Below are positions 10,700-21,124 of a stretch of 64,000 bases of DNA, in pieces. Position numbers and translations under genes: made by a program. How positions within the stretch are numbered: the first letter of the stretch is position 1; every line of letters begins with the position of its first letter. The stretch comes from Polyangiaceae bacterium (GTDB lineage Bacteria; Myxococcota_A; Polyangia; Polyangiales; Polyangiaceae). The notes under the pieces were generated by a model. That model saw only the letters and a list, made by a program, of their open reading frames with translations. It did no database searches and was not told the origin of the DNA. The DNA lies in the NCBI GenBank assembly GCA_033763455.1, contig JANRKO010000023.1, positions 128,001 to 192,000 of the forward strand, read 5' to 3'.

Positions 10700-13126
10700 T
10701 CACGCAAGAAAGGCTAACTCAAAGCCCTGACCTCGGTCGTCAAAGGTCAGGGTACCGGCGTCTAGCGCCACTGGTTTTCCATCCAAAGATGCGGAACTTC
10801 CAGAAACGTTTAGCAACACCACGCGAAACTTCTCGCGCGCAAACTCCGGGTAACCGGAGCCGCTGGTCTCCGCCTTGAGAGTGATTTCGGTGCCACGCCG
10901 CTTGAGCGTGAAGCGGGTGCGCAGGCGTGTGTCCGAATTCGCTGCGAAGGTAAGGCCGTCATCCTCCTGAAGCTCGGAAGTAAAAGTGCCGTCTTCAAGC
11001 GGTACGGCCACGAACAGATCTAGCACCTTCGGTGCCAAGCCTGAGGTCGACATCGGAATGTCTTGGTGCGCTGCAATCACATGCCCACCGCGAACTAATA
11101 ATGGGATGTGCTCCATCGGAGCATCTAGCGTTCGATACTGCCCACCTTCATAAGTTTCGCGCGTGTACCAGTCTATCCAGCTGCCAGGAGGAAGGTACAC
11201 GTTGCGCGCCACAACTCCGGGTTGGATGACAGGTGCCACCAAGAGCCCACGGCCAAGCAAAAACTGATCATCGGTTTCGCGCGCTTGCCGATCCTGCTGA
11301 AAGTCAAAGACAAGAGGGCGTTGGATGGGCTCGCCCGTTTCGCTTGAAAGGACGAACGCCGTGTAAATGTAGGGCAACAGCTGATAACGCAGCATGAGTG
11401 CGTCCCGACAGGCTCGCTCCACACCCGGGCCGAAAGACCAGGGATATTGATCATCGAAACGCACGCAATTGTGGCCACGCGCAAACGGGGTGAGCACGCC
11501 GTACTGCATCCAACGCACCATGAGCTCGGGCGTGGGGGTCTGGAAGAACCCTGGAATATCCGCGCCGACAAATGGCTGCCCGGAAAGGCCAAGCCCGTTC
11601 GCCATGGGTAGGCTCATCTCGAGATGGTCCCAGCGTGAAGCGTTATCTCCCATCCAATTGGCACTCACGCGTTGAATGCCAGCAAAGCCCGCTCGACTCA
11701 AGATGAAGGTACGCTCGTTCGGGCGCGCGGCTAAAAGCCCGTCGCGGGTTCCCATTGCCATCAAGAAGCCGTACTGATTGTGAAAACGCTCGTGGGGGTG
11801 GTTGGCTCCATCTCGATCAAAACGCATAGGAAGTGGAGAAATGCTGCCGGTGGCGGGCTCATTCATGTCGTTCCAAATTCCGGCCAACCCACTTTCCACG
11901 TGAGCGGCGTTTAGCTGGCCCCACCAAGCGCGCGCTTCGGGCTTAGAAAAGTCGGGGAAAACAGTACGCCCAGGCCACACCATACCCACGTAGAGCTGCC
12001 CGTTTTCCACCTTGCAAAATAGATTTTGGCTCGCGCCCTCGTCGAAGACTCTGTACCCAGACTCGTGTTTTACGCCTGGATCGATGATCGTTACCATGCG
12101 AAAGCCACGCTCGCGAAGCTCTCCCAGCATTTGATGCGGCGCCGGAAATTTCTCCTTATCCCACGTAAAAACGCGGTACCCATCCATGTAATGGATGTCG
12201 AGCCAGAGCACATCGCACGGTAGCTTGCGCTCACGATACTCATCAGCTAACCGCAAGACATCTGGCTGATGGTAATCGAACCAACGGCACTGATGGTAGC
12301 CAAGGCTCCACAGCGGCGGCAGCTGCATGCGCCCTGTGAGCCAGGTATAGGCCTCCAAGATGCTCTCCATGCCTGGCCCCGCGAACACATATTCGGTGTA
12401 TTGGCCACCTTGGAACTCGTAGGAGTAGTGATCCTTATCGGTGTAATCGAACTTCGCAAGGTAACCGTTGTCCACGAACATCCCCGCAAACCGGGTTCCC
12501 GCGCGATCGGTGACCGCATGATAGTAAAACGGGATCGTCATGTAGTAGGGATCAAACTTCGGGCTAATGAAGTCGGAGTTCTCAACCATGGTGAGCCGGC
12601 TCAACGCCAAGCCATCTGAGGTGGCGATGTCGTAGTTCCACATCACGTACTTCTGCCCGCGTCGATTCAACGGGCCAGTCTTTTCCCCCAGGCCATAAAA
12701 GCTATCGTGCACTCCCCGCTTGCGCGTCACGACGAAGGTATCGTTCAAATACAGGTACGCTTCAGGGCCGTTCTTGCCGTCGGCACTCTCGAAAATCGCG
12801 CTACCGTCGCTGCGGTACGCATGAAATGCAAAGGGCGCCTTTTGCACCACTACCCGGAGCGCTGGGGTGCTGAGCACGAAGCGCTCCCCTTCGTCTGTCA
12901 GAGTAAACGTTACCGGGCTGAATGCTCGCTGGCACACGGCATAGGTAGGCTCTTCGTCAAATTTACCCGCCTGTGAGATCTTGAACCTCACCACATCGTT
13001 GCGCAGCACATCCACGCGAAAAAGCTCTTCTCCTACGCGAAAAAGTGCGCCCTTTGCCGATTGCTCCACCCCGGAGACATTTGCTAACCCGACGAAGTTG
13101 TCCTTAGTAATCCAAGCCTTTGACAT
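10700..13126 (-). CDS. Glycoside hydrolase family 31 alpha-glucosidase
   Basis: FYGLGE, PPLWSLGYHQCRW, catalytic WNDMNEP, WMGDN, GADIPGF, LRYQLLPYIYT. Confidence 0.93.
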   Translation of the reverse strand: MSKAWITKDNFVGLANVSGVEQSAKGALFRVGEELFRVDVLRNDVVRFKISQAGKFDEEPTYAVCQRAFSPVTFTLTDEGERFVLSTPALRVVVQKAPFAFHAYRSDGSAIFESADGKNGPEAYLYLNDTFVVTRKRGVHDSFYGLGEKTGPLNRRGQKYVMWNYDIATSDGLALSRLTMVENSDFISPKFDPYYMTIPFYYHAVTDRAGTRFAGMFVDNGYLAKFDYTDKDHYSYEFQGGQYTEYVFAGPGMESILEAYTWLTGRMQLPPLWSLGYHQCRWFDYHQPDVLRLADEYRERKLPCDVLWLDIHYMDGYRVFTWDKEKFPAPHQMLGELRERGFRMVTIIDPGVKHESGYRVFDEGASQNLFCKVENGQLYVGMVWPGRTVFPDFSKPEARAWWGQLNAAHVESGLAGIWNDMNEPATGSISPLPMRFDRDGANHPHERFHNQYGFLMAMGTRDGLLAARPNERTFILSRAGFAGIQRVSANWMGDNASRWDHLEMSLPMANGLGLSGQPFVGADIPGFFQTPTPELMVRWMQYGVLTPFARGHNCVRFDDQYPWSFGPGVERACRDALMLRYQLLPYIYTAFVLSSETGEPIQRPLVFDFQQDRQARETDDQFLLGRGLLVAPVIQPGVVARNVYLPPGSWIDWYTRETYEGGQYRTLDAPMEHIPLLVRGGHVIAAHQDIPMSTSGLAPKVLDLFVAVPLEDGTFTSELQEDDGLTFAANSDTRLRTRFTLKRRGTEITLKAETSGSGYPEFAREKFRVVLLNVSGSSASLDGKPVALDAGTLTFDDRGQGFELAFLA

Positions 13127-13279
13127 CGCGCGGAGCAGAGCACCCGAAAGCCGAGCGAGCAACGGATTTCTCCGAGCTCAGCGTTCGCTTTCGACACAAG
13201 TAGCACCAATCCGCCACAAATAGGCACATTCTATCGAGCTTGGTAGTCACTCGGGCGCAACGGGCATAAAGGAGCAGTC

Positions 13280-14401
13280 ATGTTTCGCCGTTTGGTCCCG
13301 CTTTTCTTAGCCGCCGCCCTCTTCGCTACCTTTGGGTGGACACTCTACTTCTTGTACCAAAAGTCCAAGGAACGGCCCGTTGTATTTGAAGTGGGCACGC
13401 CCAAGATGGCCTCCATTACCAAAAAGACGGTCGCGGCGGGAGCCATCGTTCCGCGCCGGGAGGTCGCCATAAAGTCTAGAGTTTCCGGCATTATCTCTGA
13501 GCTCTTCGTCAAACCGGGAGATGTGGTGAAAAAGGATGGGGCTCTCGCGCGCATCAAAATCATTCCGAACGTCGTAACGCTCAACAACGCCGAGGCTTCC
13601 GTCTCTTCCGCAAAGATAAGTTTCGAGAATGCCAAGCGCGAACGCGAGCGTTACAAATCTCTACTCGACGACGGGGTGCTCAGCCAGACGGACTTCAACC
13701 GCTACGAAGTTGACTTTCAACTACGCCAGCAGGAGCTGGCAACCGCCACCAGCAACCTCAGCTTGATCAAGGATGGCGCGGCTCGCGGGGCCGGCAGAGT
13801 CTCCAATGAGGTCGTCTCAACCGTTCCGGGCACCGTCATCGAAGTGCCCGTGAAAGAGGGCTCTTCCGTAATTGAGAGCAACAACTTCAACGATGGCACG
13901 ACCATCGCGGCTATTGCCGACATGAACGACATGCTATTTCAAGGTACGGTGGACGAATCTGAGATAGGTAAGCTCAAAGAGGGCATGCCGGTTGACATCA
14001 CGATTGGGGCCATCGAAGGCCAGAAATTCAGTGGGAATTTGGAGTACATTTCACCCAAAGGGGTCGCCAAAGAAGGCACTATTGAGTTCGAGGTAAAAGC
14101 TACGATCAAGCTCGCAGCCGGCCCTTTCATCCGAGCCAACTACAGCGCCAATGCCGACATCATTCTCGACAGACGAGAATCTGTACTTGCCATTGAGGAG
14201 AGCCTGCTCAGCTTTGAGAAAGGCAAGCCTTATGTAGAGGTGGAGGTGGGGCCACAGCGCTTTGAAAGGCGGGCCATAACGCTTGGGCTTTCTGATGGCG
14301 TGAACGTTGAAGTCTTGTCGGGGCTCGACCTAAAGGCGAAGGTGAAGCGACCACAAGCGGTGGCTAGTGATGGGGGGAAAGGCCCCAAACGGGGGCACTG
14401 A
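13280..14401 (+). CDS. Efflux periplasmic adaptor (MacA/HlyD-like)
   Basis: N-terminal TM, lipoyl halves (IKSRVSGII..LFVKPGDVV), alpha-hairpin, VDESEIG, TLGLSDG..VEVLSGL. Confidence 0.9.
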   Translation: MFRRLVPLFLAAALFATFGWTLYFLYQKSKERPVVFEVGTPKMASITKKTVAAGAIVPRREVAIKSRVSGIISELFVKPGDVVKKDGALARIKIIPNVVTLNNAEASVSSAKISFENAKRERERYKSLLDDGVLSQTDFNRYEVDFQLRQQELATATSNLSLIKDGAARGAGRVSNEVVSTVPGTVIEVPVKEGSSVIESNNFNDGTTIAAIADMNDMLFQGTVDESEIGKLKEGMPVDITIGAIEGQKFSGNLEYISPKGVAKEGTIEFEVKATIKLAAGPFIRANYSANADIILDRRESVLAIEESLLSFEKGKPYVEVEVGPQRFERRAITLGLSDGVNVEVLSGLDLKAKVKRPQAVASDGGKGPKRGH

Positions 14402-14405
14402 GAGC

Positions 14406-15377
14406 ATGACCATCGGTCGAGATGTAGAGCTCGCCGTACGGCTCTTACGCCAAGGGGGAGTTGTGGCCTTCCCCACAGAGACAGTGTACGGCCTCGGAGC
14501 TCGGGCTGACAGCACTCAAGCAGTTCGTCGGATTTTCGAAATCAAACAGCGCCCAGCCACGCATCCACTCATTGTTCACATCCGAAGCGCTGCAGAGGTT
14601 TCGCACTTTGCGGTCAGCATTTCGGTGGAAGCTGAGGCTCTGATGGCGGCGTTTTGGCCGGGCCCATTGACACTAGTGTTTCGTCGCCAACCGTGGGTTC
14701 TACTTCAGGTTACGGGTGGACTCGAAACGGTAGCGCTGAGAGTTCCAAACCATCCCGTTGCGCAGGCGCTATTGGAGGAGCTGAACCTCGGCGTGGCGGC
14801 GCCCTCCGCCAATCGCTTCACGGAGGTAAGCCCCACACGGAGCGAACACGTGGAAAAGGATCTGGGCCAAGAGGTGGACTACATCCTCGATGGTGGCCCC
14901 TCGCTCGTGGGTATCGAATCAACGATCGTGGATGTGTCTGGGCCCACGGTTGCGGTGCTACGCCCCGGCGCGGTGACTCAGGAACAACTGGAAACCGTTC
15001 TGAACCGGCCGGTGCCCGTCCTAGTTTCAAACGCGGCAGTCCGGGTGCCGGGGCAGCACCCACTGCACTATGCACCGCGTGCGGAGGTTGTGCTCCTCAA
15101 CGCGAGCACTCTCACGGACGAAGCCGTCGCTCTTTCGAGCCGCGGGGTGCGGGTGGGCGTCTTGTTCAATGGTATTGCCACCCGAGGCTTTCCCTCGTCG
15201 GTGGTCGTGTACGAAGTTAGAGGCGGCACAGAAGGTCTCGCGCGCGAGCTCTATCACGCCCTCCGCCAGCTCGACGACGCTGGTGTTGATGTGATTTTGG
15301 CGTGCGCGCCGGAACTCGGTGGCCTAGGCGTTGCCGTGAATGATCGACTCGCAAAGGCAGCTGGCCCGCGCGCTTGA
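14406..15377 (+). CDS. sua5: L-threonylcarbamoyladenylate synthase (Sua5 type)
   Basis: VAFPTETVYGL, FWPGPLT, AAPSANR, GIESTIVD, PGQHPLHYAP and a C-terminal Sua5 domain. Confidence 0.95.
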   Translation: MTIGRDVELAVRLLRQGGVVAFPTETVYGLGARADSTQAVRRIFEIKQRPATHPLIVHIRSAAEVSHFAVSISVEAEALMAAFWPGPLTLVFRRQPWVLLQVTGGLETVALRVPNHPVAQALLEELNLGVAAPSANRFTEVSPTRSEHVEKDLGQEVDYILDGGPSLVGIESTIVDVSGPTVAVLRPGAVTQEQLETVLNRPVPVLVSNAAVRVPGQHPLHYAPRAEVVLLNASTLTDEAVALSSRGVRVGVLFNGIATRGFPSSVVVYEVRGGTEGLARELYHALRQLDDAGVDVILACAPELGGLGVAVNDRLAKAAGPRA

Positions 15378-15419
15378 CGCCGCAGCGACGCTCCGGCACC
15401 CCAACTGAGAGGAATCACC

Positions 15420-16199
15420 ATGGACACCGAACTGTTCTTCCAAACCGAGACCTATGTGAGTCTGCTTACCTTGACGGCCATGGAAACCGTCCTGGGCATC
15501 GACAACATCGTGTTCATCTCCATCCTCACTGGCCGTTTGCCACAAGAGCAGCAGGCGAAGGCCCGGCGACTCGGCCTTTCGTTGGCGCTCGTGCTTCGGC
15601 TCGGACTCTTGTTGGCTATTTCTTGGGTGATGAGCCTCACCAATCCCCTCTTCGCTATCTGGGGGAAAACGATTTCTGGGAGGGATCTCATCTTGTTGTT
15701 GGGCGGCATTTTCTTAATCGCCAAATCGACCCACGAGATCTACGAGAAGCTGGAAGTGCCGCATGAAGAGGCGGCAGGCACGGCAGCGGGCAAGGCCGCC
15801 GCGTTCGGTTGGATCATCCTTCAAATCCTGTTGCTAGATATCGTCTTTTCGCTCGACTCGGTGGTGACTGCTGTTGGCATGGCCTCACACGTACCCATCA
15901 TGGTCACAGCAATGCTGATATCGGTGGGCATCATGTTGGTGTTTGCAGGGAAGATTGGTGATTTTGTGAACAATCACCCGAGCATGAAGATCCTCGCACT
16001 AAGCTTTCTGTTATTGATCGGTGTCATGCTCACAGCCGAAGGCTGGGGCAGCCACGTGAGCAAGGGCTACGTGTACGCGGCCATGGCGTTTTCGCTCCTC
16101 GTGGAGCTCTTGAACATGCGGTTTCGAGCTCGCAAGAGTCCGGTGGCGCTCCACGCGCGATTCGCGGAAGCCGAAGCTGACCAAGCCCCTCCGCCCTGA
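15420..16199 (+). CDS. TerC family membrane protein
   Basis: LETVLGIDNIVFISIL-like motif (METVLGIDNIVFISI), LDIVFSLDSVVTAVGM, KGYVYAAMAFS. Confidence 0.93.
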   Translation: MDTELFFQTETYVSLLTLTAMETVLGIDNIVFISILTGRLPQEQQAKARRLGLSLALVLRLGLLLAISWVMSLTNPLFAIWGKTISGRDLILLLGGIFLIAKSTHEIYEKLEVPHEEAAGTAAGKAAAFGWIILQILLLDIVFSLDSVVTAVGMASHVPIMVTAMLISVGIMLVFAGKIGDFVNNHPSMKILALSFLLLIGVMLTAEGWGSHVSKGYVYAAMAFSLLVELLNMRFRARKSPVALHARFAEAEADQAPPP

Positions 16200-16200
16200 A

Positions 16201-16542
16201 TCAGGGAGGGGGCGTTTTCGGGTCGGGCTCGGGCTTTGGCTTCTTGGCCTTCGGTTTGCCTTGGGGATCAGTGCGCCGCTCAGGATCATACTTCAGCTTG
16301 CCGTCTTCAACGTACCAACCGGGGGCGAGCTCACCACCGTTCTCGCCAGCCTTGGCGCTTGCGGCCAGCCGATCCTTAGGGTCGATCCCATCCGCGCCAA
16401 TCGGTCGGCCGTCGGCCGTTCGCGGTTGATCCGTTCGATAATCCAAGGATGGAGACCGGGTTAACGGCTTATCTTGGCTTTCACCCGCGCACGCAAGCAG
16501 AGCCACCGGGACCAACACCCAACACCAACCGAAGACGTTCAT
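16201..16542 (-). CDS. Hypothetical lipoprotein
   Basis: ATG with GGAG RBS, hydrophobic signal ending LLAC, Pro/Lys-rich tail. Confidence 0.65.
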   Translation of the reverse strand: MNVFGWCWVLVPVALLACAGESQDKPLTRSPSLDYRTDQPRTADGRPIGADGIDPKDRLAASAKAGENGGELAPGWYVEDGKLKYDPERRTDPQGKPKAKKPKPEPDPKTPPP

Positions 16543-16730
16543 CTCCGCTAAAGTAAACCGCGGCGGGCTTGCCACAAGCTGCAATTCGAGAAGCTGCGTC
16601 GATTCCATCAATCTTCTGTCAGAAATGCGCAAAATTACGCCATCCGGGTCAAACCAACGCAAGAAAATCGCTTGAAAGTCCTGGGGAATCTCAGCCCGGG
16701 TGTTTTACCGAGTGCGCATGGCCACAAAAA

Positions 16731-17792
16731 CTAGCTCCTGCGCGTTCGCCGAGCGCGAACGGCTCGCGCTAAACTCTCGAGCACCGGCTCGGTTTGTGCC
16801 CAGCTGATGCAACCATCGGTGATGCTTTTCCCGTATTCGAGCTCGGCCCGATCGACCATATTTTGGCGCCCGGCTTCGATGAAACTTTCGATCATGACGC
16901 CGAAGACGTTGTTCCCGTGGCTCACCTGCTCAGCGAGAGCTTCAGCTACCACGGGTTGTCGAGAGCAGTCCTTGTTGCTGTTCGCGTGGCTACAATCCAC
17001 CATGACCCCAGCATCGAACCCGGCTTTTTTGAGGTCGGCGCAGGCCTTATTCACGGCTTCCTCGGAGTAATTCGGGCCGGCGCTGCCGCCCCGTAGTATC
17101 ACGTGGCAGTTAGGGTTGCCACGTGTGCTAACAATGGCCGCCAAGCCTTGTTTAGTAACGGATAGGAATCGATGTGGGGCCGCTGAAGAGCGGATGGCAT
17201 CCACGGCGATTTGGATATCACCGCTCGTTCCGTTCTTGAAGCCCACCGGCATGGAGAGCCCGCTTGCCAACTCGCGATGAACCTGGCTTTCGGTGGTTCG
17301 CGCTCCGATCGCACCCCACGATACCAGATCAGCGACAAACTGAGGCGAAATCGGGTCTAGGAATTCAGTGCCGGTGGGTAGTCCCACAGCAAGAACATCT
17401 AGGAGAAACTTGCGCGCTACGCGTAGCCCGCGGTTGATGCGGAAGGTGCCGTCGAGATCAGGATCGTTGATGAGGCCTTTCCAACCAACCGTAGTGCGCG
17501 GTTTCTCAAAGTACGTTCGCATCACGATCAAAAGCTCGTCGCTCACGCGCTCCTGCGCCCGCTTCAGTCGGTCGGCGTAGTCAAGGCCGGCTTCTGGATC
17601 GTGAATGGAGCAAGGGCCCACGACCACCAACAGCCGATCATCCGTTCGCTGAATGATCTTGGCCGCATCGCTGCGAGAACGCGCGACGAGGCTCGCCTCG
17701 ACGTCGCCGAGAGGCAGCTCCTCCATGAGGATCGCGGGAGGCAAGAGTGGGTGGAGGCTTTCGATTCGAACGTCGTCAGTGGGCGAGAACAT
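16731..17792 (-). CDS. aroG: 3-deoxy-7-phosphoheptulonate (DAHP) synthase, class I-alpha
   Basis: VGPCSIHD, YFEKPRTTVGWKGLINDP, AIGARTTESQVHRELASG, DCSHANS, SITDGC. The aroG/aroF/aroH isoform cannot be distinguished. Confidence 0.93.
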   Translation of the reverse strand: MFSPTDDVRIESLHPLLPPAILMEELPLGDVEASLVARSRSDAAKIIQRTDDRLLVVVGPCSIHDPEAGLDYADRLKRAQERVSDELLIVMRTYFEKPRTTVGWKGLINDPDLDGTFRINRGLRVARKFLLDVLAVGLPTGTEFLDPISPQFVADLVSWGAIGARTTESQVHRELASGLSMPVGFKNGTSGDIQIAVDAIRSSAAPHRFLSVTKQGLAAIVSTRGNPNCHVILRGGSAGPNYSEEAVNKACADLKKAGFDAGVMVDCSHANSNKDCSRQPVVAEALAEQVSHGNNVFGVMIESFIEAGRQNMVDRAELEYGKSITDGCISWAQTEPVLESLARAVRARRTRRS

Positions 17793-17906
17793 CAGGAACT
17801 CCGGCGTAGGCCGGCCTGGTGTTTCGTGGCCGGGGCGCCCCGTTTAGCGCGGAGGCCCCAGAGATGCCAGCGACCTGCCCCAAAACAGCCGGGCAAAACC
17901 TAGTGT

Positions 17907-19352
17907 TCAACGTGAGATCACGACGAAGCGCGTGCCACCGTCTCGCCAAACCAAGAGGGCCAACTTGCCCTTGCCTGACTTTAGCGCCCTTCGAAGTTCC
18001 TCCACATTCGGCACGGGCTTGCCTCCCGCCTCGACAATCACATCCCCTTCGCGAAGCCCGGCTTGGCCCGCAGCACTCTGGCCTTCCACCGCTCGCACCA
18101 CCACGCCTCCCCTGACGCTCGCTGGTACCTTCAGCTCCTGCCGCTGCTCTGGAGTTAGAGTTTGGAGAGTCAACCCGTGCAGCGACTCCGGCTGCGATTC
18201 ACCGCGAACTTGCTGGGCCATCTCGGAATCTGAAGGCCTTTCGTCTAGGCGAACCGTGAAGCTGCGACGTTCGGATTTTCGAATAGCTACAAAGGTGGCC
18301 GTGGCTCCCGCCGCGGAAGACGCCACAACGTTGCGCAGTTGCCCGGACGAGGTGACAGGTTGCCCGTTGACTTCGACGATCACATCTCCCCGCTGAATTC
18401 CAGCCTTCTCCGCGGGCCCACCGGCCACAACATCTGCGATCAAAACACCTGTGGTTGTTTTGAGGCTCATAGCTTCGGCCAGATCGCGATCCACATCCTG
18501 GAGCAGCACTCCGAGATAACCTCGAACCACACGCCCCTTAGCGATCAGGCTCTCCGCGATGGGCTTGGCCATGTTGGTTGGGATCGCAAAGCCAATGCCC
18601 ACGCTACCCCCACTTCGAGATAGGATGGCGGTGTTGATACCAACAAGCTGACCCCGTGAGTTCACCAGAGCTCCACCAGAATTTCCTGGATTGATTGCGG
18701 CATCTGTCTGGATAAAATCCTCGAACTCCACAATCCCAAGATCCGCACGGCCCTTGGCGGAAACAATGCCCTTGGTGACCGTTTGGCCTAGGCCGAACGG
18801 ATTGCCAATCGCCAAAACAGTATCACCGAGCCTCAAACTCTGCGAATCCCCAAGTGTGATCGGAATCAAGCCGTCGGAGGTGCCCTTTACTTTGAGCACC
18901 GCGACATCTGTCTTCGGATCCGTGCCAACCAGCTCCACCGCGTACTCGCGCTTGGATGCCGAGGCAATCTTGATCTCAGAAGCCCCATCTACCACGTGGT
19001 TGTTGGTGAGAATGTAACCCTCGCGGAACACTACGCCTGAGCCCAGCCCTTGCTGGCGCTCTTCTCTGTTCGGCCTCGGCCCAAAGAACCGCCGGAAAAA
19101 AGGGTCGTTCATGTAAGGGTGATCTTCAGCACGTACCACCTTGCTGGCCGTTACGCTAACCACTGAAGGCAAGACCTTCTCGACCACGTCGGCTACGGAG
19201 GCTAGCTCTCGGTCCCCGATACCGACCTGCGCCGTTCGGTCGGCGCCAACCCCCGCCCGACCGGAAGGTTCAGCAGTTGGCGTTCGTGACGCTCCGCAGG
19301 CAACCAACAACCCCAATGAGAGAACAGGCAACCATCGATAGAACTTCCGCAT
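17907..19352 (-). CDS. Do/DegQ family serine endoprotease with two PDZ domains (lipoprotein)
   Basis: LVAC lipobox, TNNHVV, DVAVL, QTDAAINPGNSGGAL, two PDZ domains. Confidence 0.95.
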   Translation of the reverse strand: MRKFYRWLPVLSLGLLVACGASRTPTAEPSGRAGVGADRTAQVGIGDRELASVADVVEKVLPSVVSVTASKVVRAEDHPYMNDPFFRRFFGPRPNREERQQGLGSGVVFREGYILTNNHVVDGASEIKIASASKREYAVELVGTDPKTDVAVLKVKGTSDGLIPITLGDSQSLRLGDTVLAIGNPFGLGQTVTKGIVSAKGRADLGIVEFEDFIQTDAAINPGNSGGALVNSRGQLVGINTAILSRSGGSVGIGFAIPTNMAKPIAESLIAKGRVVRGYLGVLLQDVDRDLAEAMSLKTTTGVLIADVVAGGPAEKAGIQRGDVIVEVNGQPVTSSGQLRNVVASSAAGATATFVAIRKSERRSFTVRLDERPSDSEMAQQVRGESQPESLHGLTLQTLTPEQRQELKVPASVRGGVVVRAVEGQSAAGQAGLREGDVIVEAGGKPVPNVEELRRALKSGKGKLALLVWRDGGTRFVVISR

Positions 19353-19400
19353 CCGAATCCTCAATTCTCAGGCGAAACCTAGGCCCCTAGCATCCACGTT

Positions 19401-19416
19401 GGCAAGCCTGGTGCCT
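19401..19416 (-). promoter_or_regulatory. Putative sigma54 promoter for the DegQ-like gene
   Basis: Minus strand AGGCACCAGGCTTGCC (GG-N10-GC), about 50 bp upstream of the ATG. Confidence 0.5.
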
Positions 19417-19486
19417 CGGAGAACACCCCGTGCTGCCGCGCTATTCCCCGCGAATTCATCAACGCGGGCAGCTGCGCGCACTCTGT

Positions 19487-20575
19487 TCAGCCACCAGCGT
19501 GCGGTGCGGCGGCCGCGGGCCCCGCCTTGTTGGCAAGGTAGTCCCCCAGCCGCAGCCCAACCTGCTCAAGCATTCTTCCTACGCTTGCGTCCAGCGACGG
19601 CTCCCCGCCCATGAAACGGAGGACCCCAAACCAGCGATCTTCGGTACGCACCTCCACTAGCAAAACGCGCTCGCTCGCTAGCGCGAGGCCCTCCGCTTCC
19701 AGCTTGAGGTGGGCGAAGAGCAATTGCTGCTCTGCATTCTCCCACTGCGCGGTCACGCCGAAGGCCAGCTCCGCCCCAGGCCCCGTGACGCACCCAAACG
19801 CGAAGGCCTGATCGGCAACGAACTCTGCCTGCCGAAACGCCAAAGCACGACCACCGCTCACCTTCCCTCGCCAAAACTCACCAACCTTGAAGCCTCCGAC
19901 GGGGCACACAATTGCCATGACTCGATCGACAACGGCATCGCTCCCCGAGCCACGCGAAAGCTCGTGATATATGCGTTGCTGAGCGATGAGCAGGCTTTCC
20001 AAACGCTGCACCTTGGCCTCCGCACGAAAAACTTGCTCACGCGAAAGCTCCAAGCGTGTTTTTTCCGCCTTTGACAGGGCTTCCACTTTAGCTAGCGCGC
20101 GATCCGACTCACGAAGCCGAGCCTTTAACAAACCGACATCTTGAAAATGATAACTTATGGCTAAAGCTTCACCCTCAACATCCGTAAGCAACGAGGCAGT
20201 AACGAGCATCAAGTGCTCCACTCGCTGGGAATCAGTGACCGTGAATTCAACGCCCACTTGATCTTCCCCACCCAAACAGTTCTCACGCAGCAGGCTGAGC
20301 CGCAGTTGATCTTCCCCAGCCAAGGCGAGCCCTAGACTTTCACCTATTAGGCGCTCAGCCCGAACCCCTAGCAGCTGTTCGAACGCCGCATTGACGCATA
20401 ACAGAGCGCCAGCAGGTGACTCGACGGCAATGGGCGCCGCGGCATCCAGAAATGCCGATCGCATGAGTTCCGAAGGGCTCAACGCCCCCGGGCGCTCGTG
20501 TATTCCGCTCGGCAAAGCAGCTGAGTCGAGGCCCAATTCCTCGAGTGGTGTCGCGCTTACAATAACCGGTTTCAC
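19487..20575 (-). CDS. PAS domain + coiled-coil + GAF-like protein with no output domain
   Basis: PAS motif (AIAVESPAG..LCVNAAFEQLLG, ...YHFQDV), heptad region and a GAF-like tail (FGVLRFMG). Confidence 0.7.
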   Translation of the reverse strand: MKPVIVSATPLEELGLDSAALPSGIHERPGALSPSELMRSAFLDAAAPIAVESPAGALLCVNAAFEQLLGVRAERLIGESLGLALAGEDQLRLSLLRENCLGGEDQVGVEFTVTDSQRVEHLMLVTASLLTDVEGEALAISYHFQDVGLLKARLRESDRALAKVEALSKAEKTRLELSREQVFRAEAKVQRLESLLIAQQRIYHELSRGSGSDAVVDRVMAIVCPVGGFKVGEFWRGKVSGGRALAFRQAEFVADQAFAFGCVTGPGAELAFGVTAQWENAEQQLLFAHLKLEAEGLALASERVLLVEVRTEDRWFGVLRFMGGEPSLDASVGRMLEQVGLRLGDYLANKAGPAAAAPHAGG

Positions 20576-21124
20576 AAGTGGCCAACCCTCTACAATTCAG
20601 CGTTACTTGCAAGCTGCCTAAGCCGCACACCGCGTGCCGACCCGTCGGCCCGCGGCCCCCAAAGAGCCACCGTAAGGGAAGCAACTATAACACCCGTGCT
20701 GCTCCGCGAAAGCACAAATTCTGCGGAGTGAGAAAGCGGAGCGATTCCGCATGGCTGCCCCATAGCTCGCCACCACCGGCTAGCAATACGGGAGAAACAA
20801 TCCGGAGCGAGCGGAAACGTTCACGCATTTTTTTTCAAACGCCACTTGGCCGCACTAACACCTACACCTCACGCGGCCGCTAAACCCCCACTGAGCAAGG
20901 ACTATTCCAACCTGTGTCATCAAATAAAATCCACGCACTGACGAAACCTGTATGTGCATTACTTGAAACACTGAAAAGCGCTGAACACGCGGCCTACCAT
21001 TGAGGCCACTCAGTTCAACTACATCTTCACATCAACCAGACACTCAGAACAAAACTGAGATAGACGCGTATCAGAAAATAAAGTACGGTGTGCATTCATT
21101 GGCCTTTAAAAGGGAGAAAGTCGC

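Noticed and set aside
20912..20975. Hammerhead-ribozyme-like words (GTC...CTGACGA...GAAAC)
   Set aside because: Stem I cannot form and stem II lacks a credible closing pair; only a 4-bp stem III is possible.
20880..21060. CRISPR array
   Set aside because: The recurring units are only 6 nt and irregularly spaced, and there are no cas genes in the window.
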